Assembly: GCA_963664825.1 (NCBI GenBank)
Contig: OY761614.1
Span: 2,944,001-3,008,000 of the forward strand
Reading direction: 5' to 3'
DNA length: 64,000 nt
DNA from: an uncultured Holophaga sp.
Lineage (GTDB): Bacteria > Acidobacteriota > Holophagae > Holophagales > Holophagaceae
The notes beneath the pieces were generated by a model. It saw only the letters and a list, made by a program, of their open reading frames with translations. It did no database searches and had not been told where the DNA came from. The translations under genes were made by a program, and so were the position numbers. Of the stretch, positions 11,748 through 21,108 are shown piece by piece (position 1 is the stretch's first letter; every line of letters starts with the position of its first letter).

Positions 11748-12488
11748 ATGATGCGAATGGGCAGATTCATCGTTGCCCTTCTGGCGGGTGTGCTCCTGGG
11801 GGCGCCACTGGCGGCCCAGAAACTGAGCAAGGAGCAGAAGGCCAAACTGCCGCGGGTGGCCATCATCGAGTTCAAGGCCGCTCCCGATGCCTGGCAGGGC
11901 TGGCGCCACGGGGGTTGGGGCAACAACATGTCGACCATCTCCAATCAGCTCCGGGATCTCCTGGTCACGGAACTGACCCAGCGGGGGCGGGGCAAGTTCC
12001 GGATGGTGGAGCGGGAGCGCCTGGAGGAGATTCGCGGGGAGCTGGCCTTCCAGCAGAGCGGCGAGGTTGATACCTCCACCGTGCAGAAGCTGGGCAAGCT
12101 CCTGGGCGTGAAATACATGATCACCGGCAAGGTGACGCGCTTCGCCTACAAGGAAAGCGGCATCAGCGGCGGTTGGGGCCTCGGAGCCATCGTGGGCAAG
12201 GTGACCGGCAGCGGGCTGGCCGGAGCCGTGGCCGGCGATATGAAGATGAAGAAGGCCTCCTTCACGGGGAGGCTGGACCTCCGCATGATTGAAGTGGAGA
12301 CCGGCGAGATCCTGGGCACCTGGAAGGACGAGGAGAAGATCGCCGATACCAGCGTCAAGATCGCCGGAACCGGCACCGAGGTCGATTACGACGAAGAGCT
12401 GGTCAACAAGGTCTTCGAACCCATCGTCCAGCGCCTCGCCCCCAAGATGGTGCGCGTCATCACCCAGGAAGGCGCCGACGAAGACTGA
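11748..12488 (+). CDS. CsgG/HfaB family protein
   Basis: Signal peptide; RVAIIEF, FRMVERERL and RMIEVETGEI motifs. Confidence 0.8.
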   Translation: MMRMGRFIVALLAGVLLGAPLAAQKLSKEQKAKLPRVAIIEFKAAPDAWQGWRHGGWGNNMSTISNQLRDLLVTELTQRGRGKFRMVERERLEEIRGELAFQQSGEVDTSTVQKLGKLLGVKYMITGKVTRFAYKESGISGGWGLGAIVGKVTGSGLAGAVAGDMKMKKASFTGRLDLRMIEVETGEILGTWKDEEKIADTSVKIAGTGTEVDYDEELVNKVFEPIVQRLAPKMVRVITQEGADED

Positions 12489-12533
12489 AGGCCCGGTGGA
12501 TCCTTGAAGCCAGGGGGCCTTCCGGGCCCCCTG

Positions 12534-13499
12534 CTATTTTCCCCAGGCCTTGCGGGAGGCCTGCATCAAGGCCCCGTAGCGAGGTCCCAGCACCTCCGAG
12601 CAGTGCAGGTGCCAGGTGGGCACTTCCACGATCTGGATGCGATGGAAATGGGCCGCCACCCGTCGCTGGACGGGGGGAGGGGCCAGCCGGTCTTGGGTGG
12701 CCAGGAAGCAGAGGCTTGGCGTCTCCAGGCGGCGGCCCTCCAGGCTCCGTTCGAGCTGGGTCGCGTCCCGGGAATAGTTCCCCCGGCGAGCGGCCCACCG
12801 GCTGCCCAGCTCGCCGATGAGGGGCGCCAGGAAGGCATGCCAGTAGTGGTCCTTGGGGCCCCGCACGAGCCGTTCCCCGAAATCCCGACTGGAGGCAGGC
12901 GCCCCTTCCCAGATCATGCCTCCCAGGGGGCCCTGGCCGTCCCCTTCGAGGTGGCTGAGGGCCAGCAGGCCCACGCTGGCGCCGAGGCTGCGGCCCATGA
13001 GGAGGATCCGGTGTCTCGGGGTCCCCGTGGCCTGGAGATGGCGCACGATGCGGGCGACCTCCTCGGATTCCCGGGCCCCGAAGGTGACGAAGGGGGCAGG
13101 GCCCCCGGCGCGCAGGGCGTCGTCCCGGCGCCGATAGGTGAAGATCGCCGCGTCGAATTCGGGGAAGAGCCGCAGGGCCGGGCTCGTGCCCCAGCGGTCG
13201 TCTCCGAATCCGTGGAGCAGGAGCACGATGCCCTTGGAGGGCGTTTTCCGCGTCAGTGTCCAGAGCTGAAGGCCCTCGATCTCCTCCGAGTGCCAAGTCC
13301 CCCCGGGATCATCCGAGTCCCCCTTCGCCAATTTCGCGTAGGTCTGCTGGACCCGTTCCAGGGGCTGGGGATGGTAGAAGGGGGGATCCGTCAATTCCCA
13401 GGCCACGGCCCGGGCCTTCCAGGCCACGAAGGCCGAGAGGGCCAGCAGGCCGCAGGCCCCCCCTCCGAGGAGGCCGCGGCGCAGGTAGGAACCCTTCAC
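12534..13499 (-). CDS. Alpha/beta hydrolase
   Basis: LLHGFG and GRSLG nucleophile elbow; N-terminal TM/signal. Confidence 0.8.
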   Translation of the reverse strand: MKGSYLRRGLLGGGACGLLALSAFVAWKARAVAWELTDPPFYHPQPLERVQQTYAKLAKGDSDDPGGTWHSEEIEGLQLWTLTRKTPSKGIVLLLHGFGDDRWGTSPALRLFPEFDAAIFTYRRRDDALRAGGPAPFVTFGARESEEVARIVRHLQATGTPRHRILLMGRSLGASVGLLALSHLEGDGQGPLGGMIWEGAPASSRDFGERLVRGPKDHYWHAFLAPLIGELGSRWAARRGNYSRDATQLERSLEGRRLETPSLCFLATQDRLAPPPVQRRVAAHFHRIQIVEVPTWHLHCSEVLGPRYGALMQASRKAWGK

Positions 13500-13508
13500 G
13501 AGGAAGCC

Positions 13509-13946
13509 CTAGGGCTCCAGGCGGGCTCTCACACCCGGGATGCCTTCGGCCGCGGGCAGCGGCTCGGCTTGGCCATAGAGTACGGCGTTGAAGGTCTGGG
13601 CGAAGGTCACGAGATAGACGCCCTTGGCGGCTGTGGTCTCGAATTCGCCCTGATCGGCACCAAAGGCGTCCCGGGAACTGTAGAGGAAGAAGCGGTGTTT
13701 GCCTGCCGCAATGCCCGTGAGGACCAGGCTGTGGGCCTTCTTGCCCTTCTTGACCGGTTCCACCGGGATCCGCACGCCATCCAGGGTCAGTTCCACGGGG
13801 CCCTGGACCTTGCGGGTGAACTGGAAGAGGACCGTGCCGGCCGGGATGGGCTTGGTGGGCCGGGTGGCCACTTTGTTGGAGCAGGCCACTCCCGCCGCCA
13901 GCGCCAAGACGCTGATGAGCAGGGCCGACTTCAGGGAACTCCGCAT
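13509..13946 (-). CDS. Hypothetical lipoprotein
   Basis: GGAGG RBS; lipobox-like AAGVAC. Confidence 0.7.
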   Translation of the reverse strand: MRSSLKSALLISVLALAAGVACSNKVATRPTKPIPAGTVLFQFTRKVQGPVELTLDGVRIPVEPVKKGKKAHSLVLTGIAAGKHRFFLYSSRDAFGADQGEFETTAAKGVYLVTFAQTFNAVLYGQAEPLPAAEGIPGVRARLEP

Positions 13947-14086
13947 GAGACCTCCAATTCCTTTTGAGACTAGCCTTCCCTGGGCTTTCTGGCCACTAGG
14001 GAAGGACATCCACCAGTGCCGACTGGGCCTGGAAGGTTCATCCGGGCTATCCTGGGGTCTCCGCAAGGCGCGGACCCGGAGCCTCC

Positions 14087-14554
14087 ATGACCCGTGCACT
14101 ATTTCAGACCGACAAGGGTGATATCAACGTCGAACTCTTTTCCCAGGAAGCCCCTGGGACCGTGGCCAATTTCGTGAAGCTCATCGAAGCCGGCTTCTAC
14201 GATGGCCTGCGCTTCCACCGGGTGATTCCGGACTTCGTCATCCAGGGCGGCTGCCCCAATACCCGGGAAGGCGCCACGGGCACTCCCGGCACCGGCGGCC
14301 CCGGCTGGCAGATCAAGTGCGAGACCGTCGGCAACCCCCACAAGCACGAACTGGGCGCCCTCTCCATGGCCCACGCGGGCAAGGACACGGGGGGCAGCCA
14401 GTTCTTCGTCGTCAACGGCGATAGGCGCAATGTCCAGCACCTGGACGGCGTCCATACGGTGTTCGGCAAGTGTGTGGCCGAGAACGACATCAAGGTGGTC
14501 CAGGCCATCCGTCAGGGCGATTTGATCATCAAGGCCACCCTTGTAGAGGCCTAG
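14087..14554 (+). CDS. Cyclophilin-type peptidyl-prolyl isomerase
   Basis: [32 protein letters not shown] and HTVFG motifs. Confidence 0.95.
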   Translation: MTRALFQTDKGDINVELFSQEAPGTVANFVKLIEAGFYDGLRFHRVIPDFVIQGGCPNTREGATGTPGTGGPGWQIKCETVGNPHKHELGALSMAHAGKDTGGSQFFVVNGDRRNVQHLDGVHTVFGKCVAENDIKVVQAIRQGDLIIKATLVEA

Positions 14555-14725
14555 ACCCTGGATTTCTCATCGCGCGATTCGAGGCCCGCCGTATTCCAGG
14601 TGGGCCTCTTCGCATTGGTAGGAGACCTTCCGTCCAGCGCGACCTGGGCTGTAGGATGACACTCGCGCCCCATCCCGTTTACACTGGAAAGTTCGCGCCT
14701 TCCCATTTGCTTTTTCGAGGTTTCC

Positions 14726-16435
14726 ATGTTTCTTGCCTCCGCTCGTGAATACCTTGCCTTCCCCCATCTGGAGGCCGATCTCCGGGCCGAACTGCAACCC
14801 CTGGTGGCTGCGGCCGAGGCCGGAGAGCCCAAGGCCATCGCCGAGATCCAGGATCGTTTCTTCGAGCCTCTGGCCTTCGGCACGGGCGGGCTGCGGGGCA
14901 TCATGGCCGCGGGCCTGCGGCGCATGAATCGGCCCAATATCCGCCGGGCCACCCTGGCCCTGGCACACGTCACGAAGCGCCGGGCGCCCGGGGTCAAGAC
15001 GGCCCTGGTGGGCTATGACACGCGCCTGCAATCGGATGTCTTCGCCCGGGAAGCGGCCCGCGTCTTGGCGGACGCGGGCTATACGGTCTACCTGGGCGAC
15101 CGCCCGCTGCCCACGCCCTTCCTCTGCTATGCCATGCGCAAGCTGGGCACGGCCTGCGGCGTGATCGTGACGGCCAGCCACAATCCCAAGATCTACAACG
15201 GCTACAAGGCCTATGACAACCAGGGCGGGCAGGTGGTGGCCCCCTGGGATACGGAGGTGGAGGCTCTCATGAGTTCCCTGCCCCTGGTGCCCACCCCCCC
15301 CAGCGCGGCCGCCGAGGCCCGCATCCAGCCCATTCCCAAGGAGGTGGAAGAGGCCTTCTACGGCATGAGCCTGGGCTTCCTGGCCCATCCCCAGGTCTTC
15401 ACCCCCGCCAAGATCCTCTACACGCCCTTCCATGGCACGGGCATCGCCTTCGTGCCTGAACTCTTCAAGCGCGCCGGACTGCCCCTGGAAATCTGCGCCT
15501 CCCAGGCCATCCAGGACGGCACCTTCCCTACCGCGCCCCGGCCCAATCCCGAGGAGATGGCCGCCTTCAAGGTGACGTTGGTGGACGCCGAGAAGCTGGG
15601 CGTGGACGCCATCCTGGCCAATGATCCCGATGCGGATCGCCTGGGGGTGGTGCTCAAACACAAGGGCCAGTGGATGCAGATGACCGGCAACGACATGGCC
15701 GCCCTCACCCTGGACTACCTGGCCAGCCAGCACCACACCAAGGGCACGGTGGTCACGACGGTGGTCACCTCCGATTTCCTGGCGGAAACGGGTAAGCAGT
15801 ACGGCATGCAGACCGTCTGGACCCTCACGGGCTTCAAGAACATCGCCGTCTGCCAGCATCGCCTCAAGGCGCTCGGCGAGGCCTATGCCTTCGGCGCCGA
15901 GGAGAGCATCGGCATGTGTCCCTCCGGGGAGCTGCGGGACAAGGACGGCGTGACCGCGGCCCTGCTCGTGGCGGAGATGATCGGCCACTACAAGGCCAAG
16001 GGTCAGAACCTGGTGGAGGCCGTCGAGGAGCTCCAGGGCCGGGTCGGCGCCTTCCACAACCGCCTCGTGAACCTCGAGGATCCCAAGCCCGGGGGCGCCC
16101 AGCGCTTCAAGGAGGCCATGACACGCATCCGCGAGGCCGGATTGACCGAATTCGCTGGCGAGCAGGTGATCTCCTGGGAGGACTTCTCCACAGGCCTCCT
16201 GCACCGCATGGATGGCAGCGAGACCCCCATTGTGGACCGGCCGGACCGCCTCGACGTGGCCCTGCCCATCGAGAACAGCAACGTATTGAAGTTCCGCTTC
16301 GCCTCCGGCGCCTTCGCGGCCTTCCGTCCCAGCGGTACCGAGCCCAAGCTCAAGGTCTACCTCCAGAGCTGCAGCACGCCGGAACTGCTGGACCGCATGG
16401 AAACCGAGGCCCGGAAGCTCCTGGGTCTCGGCTGA
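14726..16435 (+). CDS. Phosphoglucomutase/phosphomannomutase family mutase
   Basis: FGTGGLRG, TASHNP, DPDADR, EESIG and RPSGTEPKLK motifs. Confidence 0.95.
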   Translation: MFLASAREYLAFPHLEADLRAELQPLVAAAEAGEPKAIAEIQDRFFEPLAFGTGGLRGIMAAGLRRMNRPNIRRATLALAHVTKRRAPGVKTALVGYDTRLQSDVFAREAARVLADAGYTVYLGDRPLPTPFLCYAMRKLGTACGVIVTASHNPKIYNGYKAYDNQGGQVVAPWDTEVEALMSSLPLVPTPPSAAAEARIQPIPKEVEEAFYGMSLGFLAHPQVFTPAKILYTPFHGTGIAFVPELFKRAGLPLEICASQAIQDGTFPTAPRPNPEEMAAFKVTLVDAEKLGVDAILANDPDADRLGVVLKHKGQWMQMTGNDMAALTLDYLASQHHTKGTVVTTVVTSDFLAETGKQYGMQTVWTLTGFKNIAVCQHRLKALGEAYAFGAEESIGMCPSGELRDKDGVTAALLVAEMIGHYKAKGQNLVEAVEELQGRVGAFHNRLVNLEDPKPGGAQRFKEAMTRIREAGLTEFAGEQVISWEDFSTGLLHRMDGSETPIVDRPDRLDVALPIENSNVLKFRFASGAFAAFRPSGTEPKLKVYLQSCSTPELLDRMETEARKLLGLG

Positions 16436-16456
16436 ACCCTGGTTTGAAGGCCTAAG

Positions 16457-16487
16457 GAAAGAGGGCACGGGATCCGTGCCCTCTTTC
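16457..16487. terminator. Probable bidirectional intrinsic terminator
   Basis: GAAAGAGGGCACGG-gat-CCGTGCCCTCTTTC between convergent genes. Confidence 0.75.
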
Positions 16488-16500
16488 GTGCGTAGCGAGA

Positions 16501-17079
16501 TCAGTGCTGTGCGGGCCCCGGGGCCGGGGGCAGCCTGGGGAATCCATGGGCAGGCTGGGTGGCTTGGTCGATCTGCGCGGCCTGCTTCTCGTCGAGCTTT
16601 CGGGTCACCTCCGCGGGAGGGAACATCTCGGGGGCTTCCTCCTGCAGGAAGCGCTTGGTGCGGGCCATGAGGGCGTCGATCTCCTGGAGGAAGCGCACGC
16701 GCTCCAGCTTCAGGCTGCGCAGGGCCGTTTCGATTTCCACCACGCGCTGGTGGGCGTCCCGGATGATCTCGTCGGCCTTGAAATCGGCCTCCTTGAGGAG
16801 CAGCGCCTTCTCGCGGTTGGCGGCATCCAGGAGCTCCTCCTTGGTCTTCTGGGCGTGGAGCAGGGTCTCGCGGAAGATGCGGTCCTGGTCCTGGTACTGC
16901 TGCAGCCGCTCCCGCAGATCCAGCACTTCGTCCCGGAGCTTGGAGTTCTCGTGCTGGACCTCTTCCCACTCGGCGGCCACCTCGTGGAGAAAGCCGCGCA
17001 CTTCGTTTTCATCAAGGCCGCGGAAGCCCTTTTCGAACTCGCGACGCTGGATATCCAGGGGCGTGAATTTCATGGGCAC
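16501..17079 (-). CDS. DivIVA domain protein
   Basis: FTPLDIQRREFEKGFRGLDENEV followed by coiled coil; next to yggT. Confidence 0.9.
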   Translation of the reverse strand: MPMKFTPLDIQRREFEKGFRGLDENEVRGFLHEVAAEWEEVQHENSKLRDEVLDLRERLQQYQDQDRIFRETLLHAQKTKEELLDAANREKALLLKEADFKADEIIRDAHQRVVEIETALRSLKLERVRFLQEIDALMARTKRFLQEEAPEMFPPAEVTRKLDEKQAAQIDQATQPAHGFPRLPPAPGPAQH

Positions 17080-17080
17080 C

Positions 17081-17341
17081 TCAGGACGCGAATCCGCGCT
17101 GGAGAAGGGTTTGGAGGAGCCAAAGCACCAGGAGGGCGATGATGGGGCTGAAATCCATCCCCAGATTGCTGGGGAGCAGGGTCTGGATGGGGTGCAGCAG
17201 GGGATCCACCACGGCGTGAAGGAGCTTCACGATGGGGTTGCGCGGGTCAGGATTGAACCAGGACAGCAGGCTGGTGATGAAGATCAGCAGGATGAGGGCC
17301 TGGATGGCGTAGTGAGCGAGGATGACGAGGATCATGGGCAC
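17081..17341 (-). CDS. yggT: YggT family membrane protein
   Basis: LLSWFNPDPRNP, DPLL.PI and MDFSPIIA motifs. Confidence 0.9.
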   Translation of the reverse strand: MPMILVILAHYAIQALILLIFITSLLSWFNPDPRNPIVKLLHAVVDPLLHPIQTLLPSNLGMDFSPIIALLVLWLLQTLLQRGFAS

Positions 17342-17400
17342 GCCTTGGGCAAGAGCCCATCATAGACTTGATCGGTCCGCTCCGGACCGGAGAGCCCTCG

Positions 17401-18546
17401 ATGCGCATCGGCATATCCTGTTATTCCACCTTTGGGGGTTCCGGCGTCGTGGCCACGGAGGTGGGCAAGGCCCTCGCGGCCCGGGGCCATGAGGTCCACC
17501 TCCTCAGCCCCTCGGTGCCTCCTAGGCTCCTCGGCTTCGAGGACCGGGTCTGGTTCCACGAAGTGACCGCCAGCCCCTATCCGCTTTTCGAAGCCGAACC
17601 CTTCTCCATCGCCCTGGCTTCCAAAATGGCCGATGTGGCCGAGCACCATGGCCTGGAGATCATGCACGCCCACTACGCCATCCCCCACGCCAGCGCCGCG
17701 CTCCTGGCGCGCATGGCCCTGGAGGGGAAGCTCAAGGTCGTCACCACCCTCCATGGGACCGATATCACCGTGGTGGGCGCCGACCCCAGCTATCTGCCCA
17801 TGGTGAGGCTCGCCATCCGGGAGAGCGATGCGGTCACCGCCGTCTCGGCCTATCTGCGGGACGAGACCTATCGGACCTTCAAGGTGGATCGCCCCATCGA
17901 TGTGATCCCCAATTTCGTGGCCCCCCCCCAGGAGGATCAGCACGGCTGCCGCTCCTGGTTGGCCCCTTGTGGATGTTCGGTCCTCACCCACATCTCGAAC
18001 TTCCGGCCCGTGAAGCGGGTGATGGACGTGATGAGGGTCTTCGAACGTGTGCGCCAGGAACGACCCTGCCGGCTGGTTATGGTGGGGGATGGCCCCGATC
18101 GGCCCGAGGCGGAGGCCTACGCCCGCCAGCATGGATTTGCCGAGGAGGTCCGCTTCACCGGCAAGCAGCTCGATATCGGCTCCGTGCTGGCCTGCAGCGA
18201 TGTCTTCCTCCTGCCCAGCTGCACCGAGAGCTTCGGCCTAGCGGCCCTGGAGGCCATGGCCTCCAAGGTGCCCGTGGTGGCCAGCCGCGTCGGTGGCCTG
18301 CCCGAAGTGGTCCGCCACGGGGTGGACGGGTTCCTGGAGCCCCTGGGGGATGTGGAAGCCATGGCGCGCGATGTCCTCCGGCTCCTGAGGGACCCCGCCC
18401 TGCGCACGGCCCTGGGCCTTTCCGCCCAGGCGCGCGCCCTCAGCACCTTCGCCGAGGATCCCATCATCGATCAGTACGAGGCCGTCTACGAGCGAGTCCT
18501 CTCCGGCTCAAAACGGACCGTGGATTTCGGCGTTGGACCACGCTAG
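17401..18546 (+). CDS. bshA: N-acetyl-alpha-D-glucosaminyl L-malate synthase (GT4)
   Basis: [37 protein letters not shown] and [11 protein letters not shown] motifs. Confidence 0.92.
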   Translation: MRIGISCYSTFGGSGVVATEVGKALAARGHEVHLLSPSVPPRLLGFEDRVWFHEVTASPYPLFEAEPFSIALASKMADVAEHHGLEIMHAHYAIPHASAALLARMALEGKLKVVTTLHGTDITVVGADPSYLPMVRLAIRESDAVTAVSAYLRDETYRTFKVDRPIDVIPNFVAPPQEDQHGCRSWLAPCGCSVLTHISNFRPVKRVMDVMRVFERVRQERPCRLVMVGDGPDRPEAEAYARQHGFAEEVRFTGKQLDIGSVLACSDVFLLPSCTESFGLAALEAMASKVPVVASRVGGLPEVVRHGVDGFLEPLGDVEAMARDVLRLLRDPALRTALGLSAQARALSTFAEDPIIDQYEAVYERVLSGSKRTVDFGVGPR

Positions 18547-18558
18547 ACTAGCTTTTCT

Positions 18559-18635
18559 GGCTGGGTAGCTCAGTTGGTTAGAGCGAAGGTCTCATAATCC
18601 TTAGGTCGGCGGTTCGAATCCGCCTCCAGCCACCA
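18559..18635 (+). tRNA. tRNA-Met(CAT), elongator type likely
   Basis: Cloverleaf with GGCTGGG/TCCAGCC acceptor stem, D arm, CTCATAA anticodon loop, GGTTCGAATCC T arm and encoded CCA. Ile2 not fully excluded. Confidence 0.93.
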
Positions 18636-18637
18636 GT
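18591..18637 (+). repeat. attL core
   Basis: CTCATAATCCTTAGGTCGGCGGTTCGAATCCGCCTCCAGCCACCAGT, identical to 43561-43607. Confidence 0.93.
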
Positions 18638-18650
18638 AATTACAGCAATT

Positions 18651-18679
18651 AGCGTCATTCTCGAGAATGACGCTTTTTT
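18651..18679 (+). terminator. Terminator after the tRNA
   Basis: Perfect 24-bp palindrome AGCGTCATTCTCGAGAATGACGCT followed by a T run. Confidence 0.7.
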
Positions 18680-19090
18680 GTTGTGCTACAACCTTGCTAC
18701 ACGTTGGGTCTGCGCCACATGTGAGCTTGTGCGGCCATGTGCGGTAAAAACAGCAGGAAGGCACCATGTAGGTGGCTCGAAGCGAACTCGCCACCATCCT
18801 TTGGATCTCATAGGGAGGCCTATTCCCGGAGGTTCCATCGACCAGAAGGCCAATGGCCTCGTTGCAGCACCGAGCAAAGGGCTAGTTAGGAACACAGAAC
18901 TTTTCGGAAGCCCCCAAAACACAAGGGCATGCGGGCAAAGGGGAACGGCCCGAAGGGTCGTAACCCTTTGGGTGGCAAGTTGTGCGTGGCGCATTACTGT
19001 GGCGCCCGGTGGGCTAAGCCCTGTCTTTCGATAGGTTGGGGATGGTGTGTTCGTGTTGCGGCACCAGTTCGATGCACCAGGAGGAGCACC

Positions 19091-19555
19091 ATGAATGAAC
19101 GGAAAGGCCTACCAGTATTGGGTTCTAGGCATGCCAAAAGCATGGTGCATGCTCGCGTTGGGACGGAATCCTGGGAGGTGTTGGAGGAGCTCGCCAGGCG
19201 TCAGGGTGTGACCCATACGCAAGCCCTCCGGAACCTCCTGGACGATGCGAAGGAGCGCATGGCCGAGGAGGCCTTCGGGCCTCGACTCGAATCCCTGGCA
19301 CGCACGCTCCTGGGAGTGGTGGAGCAGCAGGCGCGGCATGCCACCCGCATCGAGGCGCTGGTGGCCATCCTGCGGAAAGTCGAGGAGGGCCAGGCGGAAC
19401 GCGAGGCGCAGATTCTCCAGACCCTCTCCGGCGTGGTGGGGCTTTGCCAACTCACCTACGCCCACCTCCTGGGTGTGGTGGAATCCAGTCCGCGAGCTGC
19501 CGAGATCACCACCTCCGCCCAGGCCAAGATGCGCGCCCTGCGCGGGGAGGGATGA
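19091..19555 (+). CDS. Ribbon-helix-helix / MobC-like relaxosome accessory protein (putative)
   Basis: AGGAG RBS; strand-helix-helix pattern MVHARV...WEVLEELARRQGVTHTQALRNLL; overlaps the relaxase start. Confidence 0.6.
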   Translation: MNERKGLPVLGSRHAKSMVHARVGTESWEVLEELARRQGVTHTQALRNLLDDAKERMAEEAFGPRLESLARTLLGVVEQQARHATRIEALVAILRKVEEGQAEREAQILQTLSGVVGLCQLTYAHLLGVVESSPRAAEITTSAQAKMRALRGEG

Positions 19556-21108
19556 TGCCCATCATCAAGATCGGGTTCCGCCCCGGCTTCCGGGGACGCA
19601 CCCAGGCACCCACCTGCAACCGGCGGATGCACTACCTGGCCAGCCAGCACGACCGGGATTCGGCGCGCCTGCTGGGGGCCGAAGGGCAGGAGCTGACCCC
19701 GAGCCAGGCCGCCGAGGTGCTGGGAGGGCCCCAGGCCAGCTACCACGAGATCATCGTGGCCCCGAGCCACGCGGAGTGCGAGGCGATCCGAGCCCGTTGC
19801 CCAGAGGATCCGGGCCGTGCCGCACGAGAGGCGGGTGATCGACTGGCGAAGGCCTGCGCGAAGGGGCGCCCGTACGTGCTCGCCATCCACGAACAGGATG
19901 GGCGTTTCCACTACCACCTGGCAGTGGCAGGCCCCATGCCCGAGCGGGCCCTGGGGCGCCACGGCCAGGTACAGAAGACCTGGGATCGCGAATTCGGCGG
20001 AGACGAGCCCCGGATCCAGGACTGGGCCGCGCATCGGCGCTTCCAGCAGGAGCGGGCCCGCCTCCAGGAAGTGATCCGGACTCAGAAGGAAACTGAACAG
20101 GAGCGGCGGGAGGCTGTGAAGCGGGCCACGCCGGAGCGCAAGGCCGACGTAGCTAGGCCCTTCGAGCGGAGGGCTCGCGACCTAGTGGAGGAGCGCTACC
20201 AGGTGGAACTGTGGGCCATCCAGGCGCGCTACGAGGCGCGGGGCAGCCTCGGAAGCCCCAGACATAACGCTGAGATCGAACAGGCCGAGCATCGCCGCAC
20301 GGGCTCCCTGCGACGGCTGGAACGGCGGGAAACAACTCGTGAAATTGGCGTGTTCAAGGCGAAGCTCGGGCGTGTCGTGGAGAACGGTGGGCGGGCCCTC
20401 CAAAAGGGGACGCGGACCGGAGGAAGGATCGCCCGCCAGGCCGTAGACGTGGGATTGAAGAGCCTGGGCGTGCCCAGGCCCATCCGAAAGCTCACGGGCG
20501 CCAGTCTGGTGCTGGCCCAGGAGACGGTGCAGACGGCGCTTCGGGCGGCCCAGGAGGCCGCGAAGGCCGCTGCCCGAAGCAGCGTGCATGTCGCCCAGGC
20601 CTCAATGAAGTTGGGCTTGGGCCTCGTGACGGCCCTCCCCACGGCGGGCGCCAGCCTGACGACTGCCGGAAAGGAAGCTGCCCAGGACCTAGCCCAGGCC
20701 GGGAAGGAACTTGGCCAGGGGGCCCTCCGAACCGGCGCTGCCGTGGGCCAGGGGGTCGCACGGGCGATGGTGGCCACGGGGCAGCAGCTGATCCCCAGCG
20801 AGCTCGGCCTCGCAGGGCGGGCCGCCAGCGTGACGGCCCGCACCACCGCTGGAGCCGCCAAGGACGTGCTCACCCTCTCACCCCTATCCCTGGGCCAAAC
20901 CCTCGCGGGGGGCGCCCTGGACCTCGGCAAGACAGCCGCCCGTGCCGCCGGGGCGAACGCCAGCCTACCGGAGCCCCTCCGGCGGGCCTTCCAGGTGGCG
21001 GGCTGGGTGCCCGTGGTGGGTGTCGCCGCCAAGGCCGCCCAAGTCACAGCCGAAACCACGCAAGCCATTCACAACGCCGCATCCCGCGGCATGGAGGTAG
21101 ACCGATGA
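19552..21108 (+). CDS. HUH relaxase (MOBP-like) with long Ala/Gly-rich C-terminus
   Basis: Motif I MHYLAS, motif II HEIIVAPS, motif III AIHEQDGRFHYHLAV; lies between the RHH gene and the T4CP gene. Confidence 0.72.
   Translation: MMPIIKIGFRPGFRGRTQAPTCNRRMHYLASQHDRDSARLLGAEGQELTPSQAAEVLGGPQASYHEIIVAPSHAECEAIRARCPEDPGRAAREAGDRLAKACAKGRPYVLAIHEQDGRFHYHLAVAGPMPERALGRHGQVQKTWDREFGGDEPRIQDWAAHRRFQQERARLQEVIRTQKETEQERREAVKRATPERKADVARPFERRARDLVEERYQVELWAIQARYEARGSLGSPRHNAEIEQAEHRRTGSLRRLERRETTREIGVFKAKLGRVVENGGRALQKGTRTGGRIARQAVDVGLKSLGVPRPIRKLTGASLVLAQETVQTALRAAQEAAKAAARSSVHVAQASMKLGLGLVTALPTAGASLTTAGKEAAQDLAQAGKELGQGALRTGAAVGQGVARAMVATGQQLIPSELGLAGRAASVTARTTAGAAKDVLTLSPLSLGQTLAGGALDLGKTAARAAGANASLPEPLRRAFQVAGWVPVVGVAAKAAQVTAETTQAIHNAASRGMEVDR

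Noticed and set aside
11748..12488. Curli system linked to the Tyr/Asn-rich protein
   Set aside because: Lone CsgG-like gene outside the island; no csgABEF
1659..16969. Long antisense ORFs (e.g. 3213-5705, 9017-11134, 14567-16969)
   Set aside because: Shadow frames of GC-rich genes with no motifs
17401..18546. bshA as novel thiol chemistry
   Set aside because: Well-known family; no other bsh genes here to suggest a new pathway
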